A DNA stretch of 32,000 bases from Candidatus Nanopusillus acidilobi (GTDB lineage Archaea > Nanobdellota > Nanobdellia > Nanobdellales > Nanobdellaceae). Made by a program: the position numbers and the translations under genes. The stretch's first letter is position 1, and each line of letters opens with the position of its first letter. Below, piece by piece: positions 19,254-27,991 of this stretch. The stretch is from NCBI GenBank assembly GCA_001552015.1, contig CP010514.1, positions 300,001 to 332,000 of the forward strand, read 5' to 3'. Below the pieces are notes generated by a model that saw only the letters and a program-made list of their open reading frames with translations, ran no database searches and was not told the DNA's origin.

Positions 19254-20130
19254 ATATTTTTAATAATTTATTTATACCATTATAAATTACCCTCTCATTA
19301 TATCCACCTTCTAGTATATATATAACCTTATTGAACCTTTTTAAATAATTAAAAACATATTCATAAGATTTTAATGTAATATTAAATACTGATAGAGGAT
19401 CTTTTTTATGCATATCAAATCCCAAAGATACTAATATAATTTCTGGATTTATTTCTTCAATTAGTAGAAATATTTTATCCTTTAATAAATTAATATAATA
19501 ATTATCGTCTATATTAAAATCTAATGGAAAATTAAAATAATTATTTCCAGATTCTAATCCAGTATTTGGATATATATTTTTTGCATGAGTGGATATATAA
19601 TAAATATTTTTCTTATTTTCAATTATATCCTGAGTTCCATTTCCATGATGTAAATCTATATCAAAAATTAATACATTTCTATATCTTTTTCTTGCATACA
19701 TTCCAGCAATTGCAATATTATTAAATATACAAAATCCTAAAGTTTTATCATTATTTAATGGGTTTCTTGGAACATGATGACCTGGAGGTCTTGTAGGTAT
19801 AAAAATATATTTCTCATTTATTTCTATACTCTCTAATACACCCTCAACAGATTTAAGAATTGAATAAAAGGACAAGGGAGATATATATGTATCAGAATCT
19901 AAGTAAATAATTCTGTTATTTTTATATGAATACTTCCAAATTCTTTTTATCATTCTAATATATTTCCAACTATGTGCATAATTTATATATCTATATATAT
20001 CTTTCCTTACCTTTCCTATTTTCTTATAATTATTTTTTATCAATCTTTTTATTACTAACAATCTTCTATTATTTTCTATATGGTTTGGATCATTATGATA
20101 TAATAAATATTTTGAATATAATATCAACAT
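19246..20130 (-). CDS. Histone deacetylase/acetoin-utilisation (class II HDAC-like) family protein
   Basis: YLLYHNDPNHIENNRRL, PTRPPGHHVPRNPL, FCIFNNIAIA, VLIFDIDLHHGNGTQDI, LVSLGFDMHKKDPL, YILEGGYN. Preferred start is the ATG at 20130, not 20178. Confidence 0.92.
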   Translation of the reverse strand: MLILYSKYLLYHNDPNHIENNRRLLVIKRLIKNNYKKIGKVRKDIYRYINYAHSWKYIRMIKRIWKYSYKNNRIIYLDSDTYISPLSFYSILKSVEGVLESIEINEKYIFIPTRPPGHHVPRNPLNNDKTLGFCIFNNIAIAGMYARKRYRNVLIFDIDLHHGNGTQDIIENKKNIYYISTHAKNIYPNTGLESGNNYFNFPLDFNIDDNYYINLLKDKIFLLIEEINPEIILVSLGFDMHKKDPLSVFNITLKSYEYVFNYLKRFNKVIYILEGGYNERVIYNGINKLLKIYG

Positions 20131-20164
20131 AACATTATAATAATTTCTTATAATAAAAATATTT

Positions 20165-21487
20165 ATGTATAATTGCATATTAATTGGTATTGATGAAATA
20201 TGGACAAAATCTGAAAAAATAAAGAAAAAAATGATAAATATGTTAATAAATGATATTAAAAATAGGATAAATTTTGATAAAATAGAAAATAGAAGAGGTA
20301 GAATAATAATATGGGATTATAAAGATGAATGGATAAATATATTAAGGAATATTCCAGGAATAAAAAATATATATCCAGCTATTTATTTTGAAACATCTAT
20401 AGAAAATATAAAAAAACAATCTTTAGAATTTTTTAATAATTTTATTGGAAATATTAGTAGATTTAAGGTATCTACAAAAAGGGTTGATAAAAACTTTCCT
20501 TATAAATCTATAGAAGTTAATAAAATTGTTGGAGAAGAAATTTTAAATAAATATAAATTAAAAGTTGATGTAAAAAATCCTGAAAAAATATTATATATTG
20601 AAATCCATAAAGATTATACATTTATTTATGATAAAATAATTAAAGGACCTGATGGATTACCAGAAGGATCTGAAGGCAAAGGAATTTTATTATTTTCTGG
20701 TGGATCTGATTCATCAGTAGCCTCATATTTAATTTCAAAAAGAGGATTAAAAATTGATTTTTTATTTATTAATATTGCAGGAGAAATTTATTTACAGTAT
20801 ATATACAATGTATATAATAAATTGAAAGAATATTTTCCAAATTCAAAATTATATGTATATGATTTAGATATAGGATATTTATTTAATGTAAGAGAAGGAT
20901 ATAGACAAATATTATTTAAAGCAATAATGTATAAAATTGCAGAAAAGTTTGCAAAGAAAAACAATTATGATTGCATAGTTACCGGAGAATCTTTGGGACA
21001 GGTTTCCTCACAGACAATTGACTCATTAAAAGTATTAGATAGTATTGTAGATATTTTAGTATTAAGACCATTAATCGGATTTAATAAAAGTGAAATATTA
21101 GATTTATCAAAGAAAATTGACATATATGATATAAGAGCACCAGAAATATGTAAAATTGAAAATCATCCAGTAACAAAACCAAAAATTGATATAGTAATTT
21201 CTGAACTAAATAAATTAAATATAGATTTTGATAAAGAAATTGAAAAAATTAGGGAAATTAATAATATAAATATTGAAGAATTCAATTTAAAGATTCCAGA
21301 TAAAAAAGATCTAATAATTATAAGATCTGAAGAATTTTCTAAATATAATTTTGAAAAAGGTAAGAAATATTTATTAATATGTAAAAATGGAATATTATCT
21401 AGGTACTTTGCTAAAAGATTGAGAGATAAAGGAATAGAAGCATATTATATGGATGAAAAAACTGCAAAAATATTGAAATATATATAA
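20165..21487 (+). CDS. thiI: ThiI-like tRNA 4-thiouridine synthase (THUMP + PP-loop) with minimal C-terminal rhodanese-like segment
   Basis: THUMP-like N-terminus (FKVSTKRVDKNFPYKSIEVNKIVGEEIL), PP-loop LLFSGGSDSSVASYLI, CIVTGESLGQVSSQTIDSLKVLD, VLRPLIGFNKSEI; C-terminal YLLICKNGILSRYFAKRLRDKGIEAYYM with CxxGxxS. Confidence 0.88.
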   Translation: MYNCILIGIDEIWTKSEKIKKKMINMLINDIKNRINFDKIENRRGRIIIWDYKDEWINILRNIPGIKNIYPAIYFETSIENIKKQSLEFFNNFIGNISRFKVSTKRVDKNFPYKSIEVNKIVGEEILNKYKLKVDVKNPEKILYIEIHKDYTFIYDKIIKGPDGLPEGSEGKGILLFSGGSDSSVASYLISKRGLKIDFLFINIAGEIYLQYIYNVYNKLKEYFPNSKLYVYDLDIGYLFNVREGYRQILFKAIMYKIAEKFAKKNNYDCIVTGESLGQVSSQTIDSLKVLDSIVDILVLRPLIGFNKSEILDLSKKIDIYDIRAPEICKIENHPVTKPKIDIVISELNKLNIDFDKEIEKIREINNINIEEFNLKIPDKKDLIIIRSEEFSKYNFEKGKKYLLICKNGILSRYFAKRLRDKGIEAYYMDEKTAKILKYI

Positions 21488-21530
21488 CTCTGTTAACCCT
21501 ATATATCTTTCCCTTAATATGTAATATATC

Positions 21531-22370
21531 ATGAATGAGAATGAATATATTAAAAGGGCTGATTATAATGATATTAAAAATATTGTAGAATTTATTAGAA
21601 GAAATATTGAAGAAAATAAATTTTATTTTGATTTTGAAGAAAATGGAGAAAATTCATATAAAATTTATGAAGAAGATTATGTAAAAAACTTATTAGATAA
21701 AGGAGATATCATTCTTTTATATATAAAAGATAATCAAATAGCTGGATTATCCCATTGGACATATGAATATGGAATATTATATAATCTTTATACTGTTGCT
21801 GATAGAAATCATTCTAAGATGGGAATTGCAAAAAAACTTTATCATTATTTCTTAAAACAAGATATACCTGCAGCTGCGGATTTTGTTATATATTTACCAA
21901 CTTCAAGTAAAATATTTAGGATATGGGAAAACTATGGAATAAAAATTTCAGGTTTTGCCTCATCATTTATACATAAAGATAGCAAAAATAATTTATATAC
22001 AACAATTATTGGACATAGATCAAAAGATAGAATATTAGAATTAAAGATACCAAAATATTCTGAAAAATTTTTCAAAAATCTATGTATATTAAATAATCTG
22101 GATTGTAAAATTTATACATTTGAATATAGAAGAAAAGAAAATAATGAAAAATATCCAAAATTAATATATACAACAAATATAAAAGAATATGAAGAAAAAG
22201 AATATTATTTAACAGGATTTTTATATAATAATGGTCAGATAATTTATGCATATTCTAGTAAAGTAGATAAAAATGTAAAAGAACCAATTGAAAAATTCTT
22301 TAATGATTTAGAAAGAGAGAATATGAAAAATGTCATTTTAGATTATATTGATAATTTATCCTTGCTATGA
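21531..22370 (+). CDS. GNAT-family N-acetyltransferase
   Basis: IKRADYNDIKNIVEFIRRN, IILLYIKDNQIAGLSHW, LYTVADRNHSKMGIAKKLYHYFLKQ (acetyl-CoA loop), plus a C-terminal extension of unknown function. Confidence 0.68.
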   Translation: MNENEYIKRADYNDIKNIVEFIRRNIEENKFYFDFEENGENSYKIYEEDYVKNLLDKGDIILLYIKDNQIAGLSHWTYEYGILYNLYTVADRNHSKMGIAKKLYHYFLKQDIPAAADFVIYLPTSSKIFRIWENYGIKISGFASSFIHKDSKNNLYTTIIGHRSKDRILELKIPKYSEKFFKNLCILNNLDCKIYTFEYRRKENNEKYPKLIYTTNIKEYEEKEYYLTGFLYNNGQIIYAYSSKVDKNVKEPIEKFFNDLERENMKNVILDYIDNLSLL

Positions 22371-23179
22371 ATCTTGATAATATTATGATGAATGAAGAAA
22401 AGAAAGAAGTTATATTTTTGTTAGGAGCTACTGGCGGAATTGGTAAATTATTAGCTGAAGAATTAAAAAGAAATGAATATATTATTGTTGGAAACGGAAG
22501 AAAGGAAAATGTATTAATTAGTATGAAAAATGAAGGAAAGATAGATGATTACGTAGTTGGAGATTTAACAAATGATGAAGATAGAAAAAAGATAATAGAA
22601 AAAATAAAGGAATATGTAAATAAAGGATATAAAGTAACAGTATTTTACAATATAGGAATTTTATATGATTATCCCGGTGAATTTAAGAATTATACAAATA
22701 AAATGATCGATGATTCATATGAAATAAATGTAAAGTCTATAGAAAAAATGGATAATGAACTAGAAAAAAATGACCTTTATTTAGATACAATTTATATGGT
22801 ATCTATATCTGCATTTTATAGAGGAAATTGGGATCATGAATATCAAAAAACAAAAGCTGCCCTTAAAGCACATGCTGAACTTCAAATACTTAATAGCAAT
22901 GGTAGAAGAATTATAGCTCTATTTCCAGATACAATAAAAACTGGAGAAGAGGGAATGGGAAGTAAATTAAAAGAATATCCAAAAATACCTGGAGAAATAT
23001 TTGTAAAGAAGGTTGTTGAAATTATTAATGGAAAATATAAAGAATATTCTGGATTTATATTTGAAATAGATAACAATAATATAATTAAATTATATGGAAT
23101 AAATCCATCAAAAATTACAAATGCATTTGAATATCTTGAAAAGGAATTTATTGAAGAAATAGGAAAAGCTGTTTATTAA
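22367..23179 (+). CDS. Short-chain dehydrogenase/reductase-like NAD(P)-binding protein
   Basis: IFLLGATGGIGKLLAEEL, VVGDLTNDEDRKKII, VFYNIGI, MVSISAF...YQKTKAALKAHAE (YxxxK), ALFPDTIKT. Confidence 0.78.
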   Translation: MNLDNIMMNEEKKEVIFLLGATGGIGKLLAEELKRNEYIIVGNGRKENVLISMKNEGKIDDYVVGDLTNDEDRKKIIEKIKEYVNKGYKVTVFYNIGILYDYPGEFKNYTNKMIDDSYEINVKSIEKMDNELEKNDLYLDTIYMVSISAFYRGNWDHEYQKTKAALKAHAELQILNSNGRRIIALFPDTIKTGEEGMGSKLKEYPKIPGEIFVKKVVEIINGKYKEYSGFIFEIDNNNIIKLYGINPSKITNAFEYLEKEFIEEIGKAVY

Positions 23180-23200
23180 TTTTTTTATTAATATTTTTTA

Positions 23201-24067
23201 ATGATAATAATACCAGTTGCCTATGATTCATTTTCAACAAGATCTATGGCAACAATTGTTAAAACTGATATTAAGATATTTATAGATCCATCTATTGCAA
23301 TTGCTCCTTATAGATATAATCTAAAACCTCATAGAATTGAATTAGAAGAGTTAGAGAAAAGGAAAAAAGAAATAATTGAATTATCAAAAGATATAGATTT
23401 GATAATTATTACACATTATCATTGGGATCATTGTCCAAATCCAAATGAAGAACATTTCAAAATATTATATAATAAAAAGTTGATTATAAAGGATTTTAAT
23501 AATTATATAAATAATTCTCAAAGAAAAAGGGGAAGAAGGATATATGAAAAAATTAAAGATAAATCTGAAATAACTATTGGAGATAATAAAGTATTTGAAT
23601 TTAATAATACTTATATAGAAATATCTCCTCCATTATTTCATGGAATAGAAAATTCAAAATTAGGTTATGTAATTGGTGCATATATTGAATATAAAAATAA
23701 ATCTTTATTTTTTGGATCTGATATACAAGGTATTCTAACTAATTCTACATTAAATTATATAATAGAAAAAAATCCAGATTATATAATATTATCTGGTCCT
23801 CCTTTTTATCATATAAAATGGGATATTTCATATAACGAAGTATTCTATAAAAATATTGAAAGTTTATTAGAAAATACAAAAGTTAGTAAAATAATAATTG
23901 ACCATCATATGGCCAGATCTTTGAATTATATAGAAATATTAAGAAATTTAAATGAAATTGGAAAAAATTATGGTACAGAATTTTTATCTGCTGCAGATTA
24001 CTTAAATATTAAGAATATACAACTAGAAGCAAATAGAGAATTATTATATAAATATTATAATGAATAG
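23201..24067 (+). CDS. Metallo-beta-lactamase fold hydrolase, UPF0282-like
   Basis: VAYDSFSTRSMATIVKTDIKIFIDPSIAIAPYRYNLKPH, ITHYHWDHCPNPNEE (HxHxDH), LFHGIENSKLGYVIG, SLFFGSDIQG, IIDHH. Confidence 0.87.
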   Translation: MIIIPVAYDSFSTRSMATIVKTDIKIFIDPSIAIAPYRYNLKPHRIELEELEKRKKEIIELSKDIDLIIITHYHWDHCPNPNEEHFKILYNKKLIIKDFNNYINNSQRKRGRRIYEKIKDKSEITIGDNKVFEFNNTYIEISPPLFHGIENSKLGYVIGAYIEYKNKSLFFGSDIQGILTNSTLNYIIEKNPDYIILSGPPFYHIKWDISYNEVFYKNIESLLENTKVSKIIIDHHMARSLNYIEILRNLNEIGKNYGTEFLSAADYLNIKNIQLEANRELLYKYYNE

Positions 24068-24140
24068 CGCCGCCGGTGGGACTTGAACCCACGACCTGCC
24101 GGTTAACAGCCGGCTGCTCTACCAACTGAGCTACGGCGGC
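24068..24140 (-). tRNA. tRNA-Asn (anticodon GUU), no intron
   Basis: Reverse complement GCCGCCG TA GCTC AGTTGGTA GAGC A GCCGG CTGTTAA CCGGC AGGTC GTGGG TTCAAGT CCCAC CGGCGGC G; all four stems pair, G73, CCA not encoded. Confidence 0.97.
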
Positions 24141-24205
24141 ATATATATAAATTACTTAATAAATTTTTAATAATCTTTTTATATCTGACTTTCTATAAAT
24201 AGTTT

Positions 24206-24670
24206 ATGGATATATTGGGTATAGGGTTAAAGTTATCTTTAGAAGAAGGTAAGGTAACAATAAAAAAGGAAAAGGAAAAGATGATATTAGAATATAATAA
24301 TAAAATATTATCATCATCAAATTATAAAGATTATAAAAAGAATTGGCAGGCTACATTATTAATAAAAGATAATAAAATACAATTAATGGAAAGTAATGTA
24401 AATTTATATATATACAATTTTAATGATTTAAGTGATAAAAATAAAATTTATGGTTTAAATCAACTAATATATTTAGGATATTTATTAAAAAAATCTGAAG
24501 AATTTATATTAAAGTTCGATAAATATTTAATATCTCCAACTGAAAAAATATCTATTGGAAATGGAAAAATTGGATCAGATTTTGATTCAAAATTAATAAA
24601 TGAGGAAAAGATTGCTAGAGATATATTATATATTACAGATGGTCTTTTAATTATTAATAATATTATCTAA
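24206..24670 (+). CDS. Hypothetical protein
   Basis: 154-aa ORF in a coding-dense region; no recognised motif. Confidence 0.55.
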   Translation: MDILGIGLKLSLEEGKVTIKKEKEKMILEYNNKILSSSNYKDYKKNWQATLLIKDNKIQLMESNVNLYIYNFNDLSDKNKIYGLNQLIYLGYLLKKSEEFILKFDKYLISPTEKISIGNGKIGSDFDSKLINEEKIARDILYITDGLLIINNII

Positions 24671-25357
24671 ATAATTTTTTAATAATTTAATTTTATTTCT
24701 AAGTTTTTCATTTTTTATCCTCTCTATTTTATCATTATCTAGTCCCATAGTAATCCATATTAATGAATCTATATGTAGTAATGGTATATTTGTTTCCTTT
24801 GATAATTTTATCCAATAATTTTTATCTTTGCTAATTTTCCCAATTCTATTATCTATTGGTATAAATATTTCAAATGGGAATATTATTTTATATCCGATAA
24901 TTCTTAATCCATAACCATAAATTTTTGTTGAAAATACTATCGTCTTATCATAAATATTTTGTACCATTACTTTTGCAATTTCTGAATTAAATTTAACTAA
25001 ATCATCTTTATAAATTAATAAATCTTTGTCTTTAATCCAATTATAAATTCTATTCAATCTTTTTATCTTTATTTCTTTATATCTTCTATTATATAAATCT
25101 ATAAAAGATAAAAAATTGTTATATATATCATCATTATGCTTAGAAAAATATATAGAAAATATTTTCCAGAATTTTTCTCCCTTATATGATAATTGAAATG
25201 CTAATAAAGAATTTATTACAATAAGCTTCAAAAATAAATCCTGATTTTTTATATTTTTATATAAAAATTTTAGATATTTATATTGTAAATCATAATTTTC
25301 TTCAAAATATAATATTTCTTCAATACTAAATTTAGATAAAATATCTATAAGATCCAT
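24647..25357 (-). CDS. Archaeal 8-oxoguanine DNA glycosylase/AP lyase (AGOG family)
   Basis: FWKIFSIYFSKH, LYNRRYKEIKIKRLNRI, KTIVFSTKIYGYGLRI...FPFEIFIPIDNRIGKIS, PLLHIDSLIWITMG match the AGOG family. Confidence 0.85.
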   Translation of the reverse strand: MDLIDILSKFSIEEILYFEENYDLQYKYLKFLYKNIKNQDLFLKLIVINSLLAFQLSYKGEKFWKIFSIYFSKHNDDIYNNFLSFIDLYNRRYKEIKIKRLNRIYNWIKDKDLLIYKDDLVKFNSEIAKVMVQNIYDKTIVFSTKIYGYGLRIIGYKIIFPFEIFIPIDNRIGKISKDKNYWIKLSKETNIPLLHIDSLIWITMGLDNDKIERIKNEKLRNKIKLLKNYLDNIINN

Positions 25358-25385
25358 TTATTAAAATTTTAAATAAATTATATAA

Positions 25386-25658
25386 ATGGAAATAAATAAA
25401 GAGGAATTCTTTTATTATTTGGATAGAGAATATAAAAAATTGGAACTAATATTTAAGAATATAAAGTTTTTAGATAATAGGTTCGAAGATTTCCTTATAT
25501 CTTATTATAAAGATTTAAAATATTTTTATGAGAAAAAAGATTTTGTAAAAGCATTTGAATTGGAAAATTATATTTGGGGAATTCTAGATACATTAATTAA
25601 TTTAAAATTAATTGAAGTACCTGAAGAATATAAAAAATGGTTTAAGTTATTTATTTAA
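25386..25658 (+). CDS. DUF357-family small protein
   Basis: SYYKDLKYFYEKKDFVKAFELENYIWGILDTLINLKLIEVP resembles the archaeal DUF357 pattern. Confidence 0.7.
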   Translation: MEINKEEFFYYLDREYKKLELIFKNIKFLDNRFEDFLISYYKDLKYFYEKKDFVKAFELENYIWGILDTLINLKLIEVPEEYKKWFKLFI

Positions 25659-26822
25659 ACTTTCATATATTCTAATTAATTCATTTAGCTTTGCAATTCT
25701 CTCTCCATTTATAATTCCAAACTTTACAAATGGAACTTCAAATCCAACTGCTAAATGTGCTAATATATTACTTTCAGTTTCTCCAGATCTATGAGATAAT
25801 ATTGGTATAAGACCATTTTCTTTGCAGAATTTTACAGCTTCATATGCTTTAACAACCGAACCTATCTGATTTGGTTTTATTATAACACCCTTAATTGATT
25901 TATATATTAAAGATTTCTTTATTCTTTCTATATTTGTTACAGTTAGATCATCTCCGATAATTAAACTCTTTGTACTATTATTTATTTCTGCAAATCCTTC
26001 AAAATCTTCTTCATATAATGGATCTTCAACATAAAATAGATCATATGTATCTATAAGAAACTTTACATATCTTATCTGATCTTCTCTAGAAAATACTTTA
26101 TTTTTATATCTATAAGAACCATCTTTATATAATTGAGTTGCAGCAAAATCAACTCCAAGATCAACTTTTATATTATAATCCATCTTAACTTCATCAAAAA
26201 CCATTTTTATTATATTAAATACTGTTTCATCTTCAAGAGATGTTGTCCATGCACCTTCATCATTCCTTCCATATAAAAATTTATCATCCAATAATTCCAA
26301 TCTTTTTCCCAATAATTTATGTATATATGATGCAACAAAGATGGATAAAGGTAAATTATCTGTATCTGGAGAAACTAAAAATTCCTGAATATTTGTACTT
26401 CTACCTTTTGCATGGGCACCACCACCAACAACATTTGCTAATATCCTTATATTTATTTTTGGATTTTTATTAAAAAATTGATAAATTGGTTTTCCTTCAT
26501 AATTTGACCATGCTCTTAATATAGCGTATTCTATAGCAATTAATGTATTACCTCCATATCTTTTTATTCCTCCAATTGACTCGAATTCATTTTCAAATTC
26601 TTTTAAATCTTCCAAAGAAGTTATATCAAATGTTTTAAGGAAATCTATTAATTCATTATTAAATAATTCAGCAGCTTTTTTTGGATCTAAATATGTAACT
26701 TCACCGGAACCTTTACTTGCACCTTCGGGAGCAGCTTCTGAATAACCATTTATTTCAACTTCTAGTGTAGGATCTCCTCTAGAATTTAAAACTACTCTTG
26801 CTTTTGCAGATTTAATTTCCAT
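25647..26822 (-). CDS. eno: Enolase
   Basis: VVLNSRGDPTLEVEI, APEGASKGSGE, DLGVDFAATQLY, YVEDPLYEED, IIGDDLTVTN, GVIIKPNQIGSV, PILSHRSGETESNILAHLAVG. Confidence 0.97.
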   Translation of the reverse strand: MEIKSAKARVVLNSRGDPTLEVEINGYSEAAPEGASKGSGEVTYLDPKKAAELFNNELIDFLKTFDITSLEDLKEFENEFESIGGIKRYGGNTLIAIEYAILRAWSNYEGKPIYQFFNKNPKINIRILANVVGGGAHAKGRSTNIQEFLVSPDTDNLPLSIFVASYIHKLLGKRLELLDDKFLYGRNDEGAWTTSLEDETVFNIIKMVFDEVKMDYNIKVDLGVDFAATQLYKDGSYRYKNKVFSREDQIRYVKFLIDTYDLFYVEDPLYEEDFEGFAEINNSTKSLIIGDDLTVTNIERIKKSLIYKSIKGVIIKPNQIGSVVKAYEAVKFCKENGLIPILSHRSGETESNILAHLAVGFEVPFVKFGIINGERIAKLNELIRIYESLNK

Positions 26823-26878
26823 AAATAAAAATATTTATAGAAGTCATTTATTCTTTTAATTAACTACTAAAAAGTAAA

Positions 26879-27379
26879 TCACGATAGTGTATATCCATTA
26901 GATATTGGATTATCATAATAATATACATAAACAGTAGAACCGGCTAGAGAAGATATTCCAAAACTATTCATATTGACTGTCATATTTATTAGAAATATTG
27001 AATTTGAAGGTATTGTACCATTTATATATGAATTACCAGATGAAGGATCTGTTATATTATATATATAGCATGCCAAAAATCCTCCAGCATTTCCACTTAA
27101 AGCTAAAGGACATTTTTGACTTTCTCCATTGGTAGAAGAAAATTCTACTAAAAGATTATTTGTAACTAATTGAGTAGATCCTATATTTTGGGCTAAAATT
27201 GCTATATTGCCATTTGAGTCATTATAACTTACTTGTAGTATTTCAACTTGAGCACCTAAATTTGTAACTTGCCTACTAACATAACTTCTTGCCCACCCAA
27301 CTATAATTGCACCTAAAGCTACTGTTAGAGCAATTAATATAATTGTTGCAATCAAAGGAGATACAGCTTTTATTTTCAT
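26879..27379 (-). CDS. Type IV pilin/archaellin-like protein with class III signal peptide
   Basis: N-terminus MKIKAVSPLIATIILIALTVALGAIIVGWARSY is the archaeal pilin N-terminal domain; beta-rich C-terminal part. Confidence 0.88.
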   Translation of the reverse strand: MKIKAVSPLIATIILIALTVALGAIIVGWARSYVSRQVTNLGAQVEILQVSYNDSNGNIAILAQNIGSTQLVTNNLLVEFSSTNGESQKCPLALSGNAGGFLACYIYNITDPSSGNSYINGTIPSNSIFLINMTVNMNSFGISSLAGSTVYVYYYDNPISNGYTLS

Positions 27380-27398
27380 AATATATTTAAAAATTTAG

Positions 27399-27411
27399 TA
27401 ATATATAAACC
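27399..27411 (-). promoter_or_regulatory. Putative TATA box for the pilin gene
   Basis: Minus-strand GGTTTATATATTAC centred about 25 nt upstream of the pilin ATG at 27379. Confidence 0.5.
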
Positions 27412-27690
27412 TTATACCTTCTTCTTTATATTTGCTTTTAACCTTTCCCATGGTCTTTTATCTATTAATTTTCCATCTAAAAAAATTGAATAATCATTAA
27501 AATAAAAAATAAATTTTGATATGCTCTTAGGAACTATATATATTTTATCTTTATTCTTTATATAAAATGTATTTTTTGTTTCATCTATTATCTCTCCATA
27601 TATACCTTTTAAACTTTTTATTTTGCAATCATATACTTCTACATTTAATCCAATAAATTCATAAGATAAAAAATATTTATTCAATTTCAT
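27412..27690 (-). CDS. rnp1: Ribonuclease P protein component 1 (Rpp29/Pop4)
   Basis: EFIGLNVEVYDCKIKSLKGIYGEIIDETKNTFYIKNKDKIYIVPKSISKFIFYFNDYSIFLDGKLIDKRPWERLK matches archaeal Rpp29; it lies in the expected position after SUI1. Confidence 0.85.
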   Translation of the reverse strand: MKLNKYFLSYEFIGLNVEVYDCKIKSLKGIYGEIIDETKNTFYIKNKDKIYIVPKSISKFIFYFNDYSIFLDGKLIDKRPWERLKANIKKKV

Positions 27691-27991
27691 TAGATATTTC
27701 TATATTTTCTTCCTTAAAACCTAAATCTAATAATAATTTCTTTATTTTTTCTCTATGATCTCCCTGTAATTCTATTAAATTATCTTTATATGTCCCTCCA
27801 CATCCCAACTTTTGTTTTAAACTCTTCAATGTTTCTTTTGCAATAGATGGATCTATACCTTCTATAATTGTGACAATTTTTCCATAACTCCTTTTTTCAG
27901 CCCTTACGATAATCTTCTGAAACTCCTTCTCTATTTCTTTTGTTGTATTTTCTAGATCTATTGGAAGACCTGAGAAAAGTTTCTTTTTCAT
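27677..27991 (-). CDS. Translation initiation factor aIF1/SUI1
   Basis: SGLPIDL, KIIVRAEKRSYGKIVTIIEGID, KQKLGCGGTYKDNLIELQGDHREKIKKLLLDLGF. Confidence 0.95.
   Translation of the reverse strand: MKKKLFSGLPIDLENTTKEIEKEFQKIIVRAEKRSYGKIVTIIEGIDPSIAKETLKSLKQKLGCGGTYKDNLIELQGDHREKIKKLLLDLGFKEENIEISNEIE

Noticed and set aside
22385-22460. Possible C/D box sRNA (ATGATGA ... CTGA) at the start of the SDR gene.
   Set aside because: It lies within coding sequence, box spacing is poor and terminal stems are absent; chance match in AT-rich DNA.
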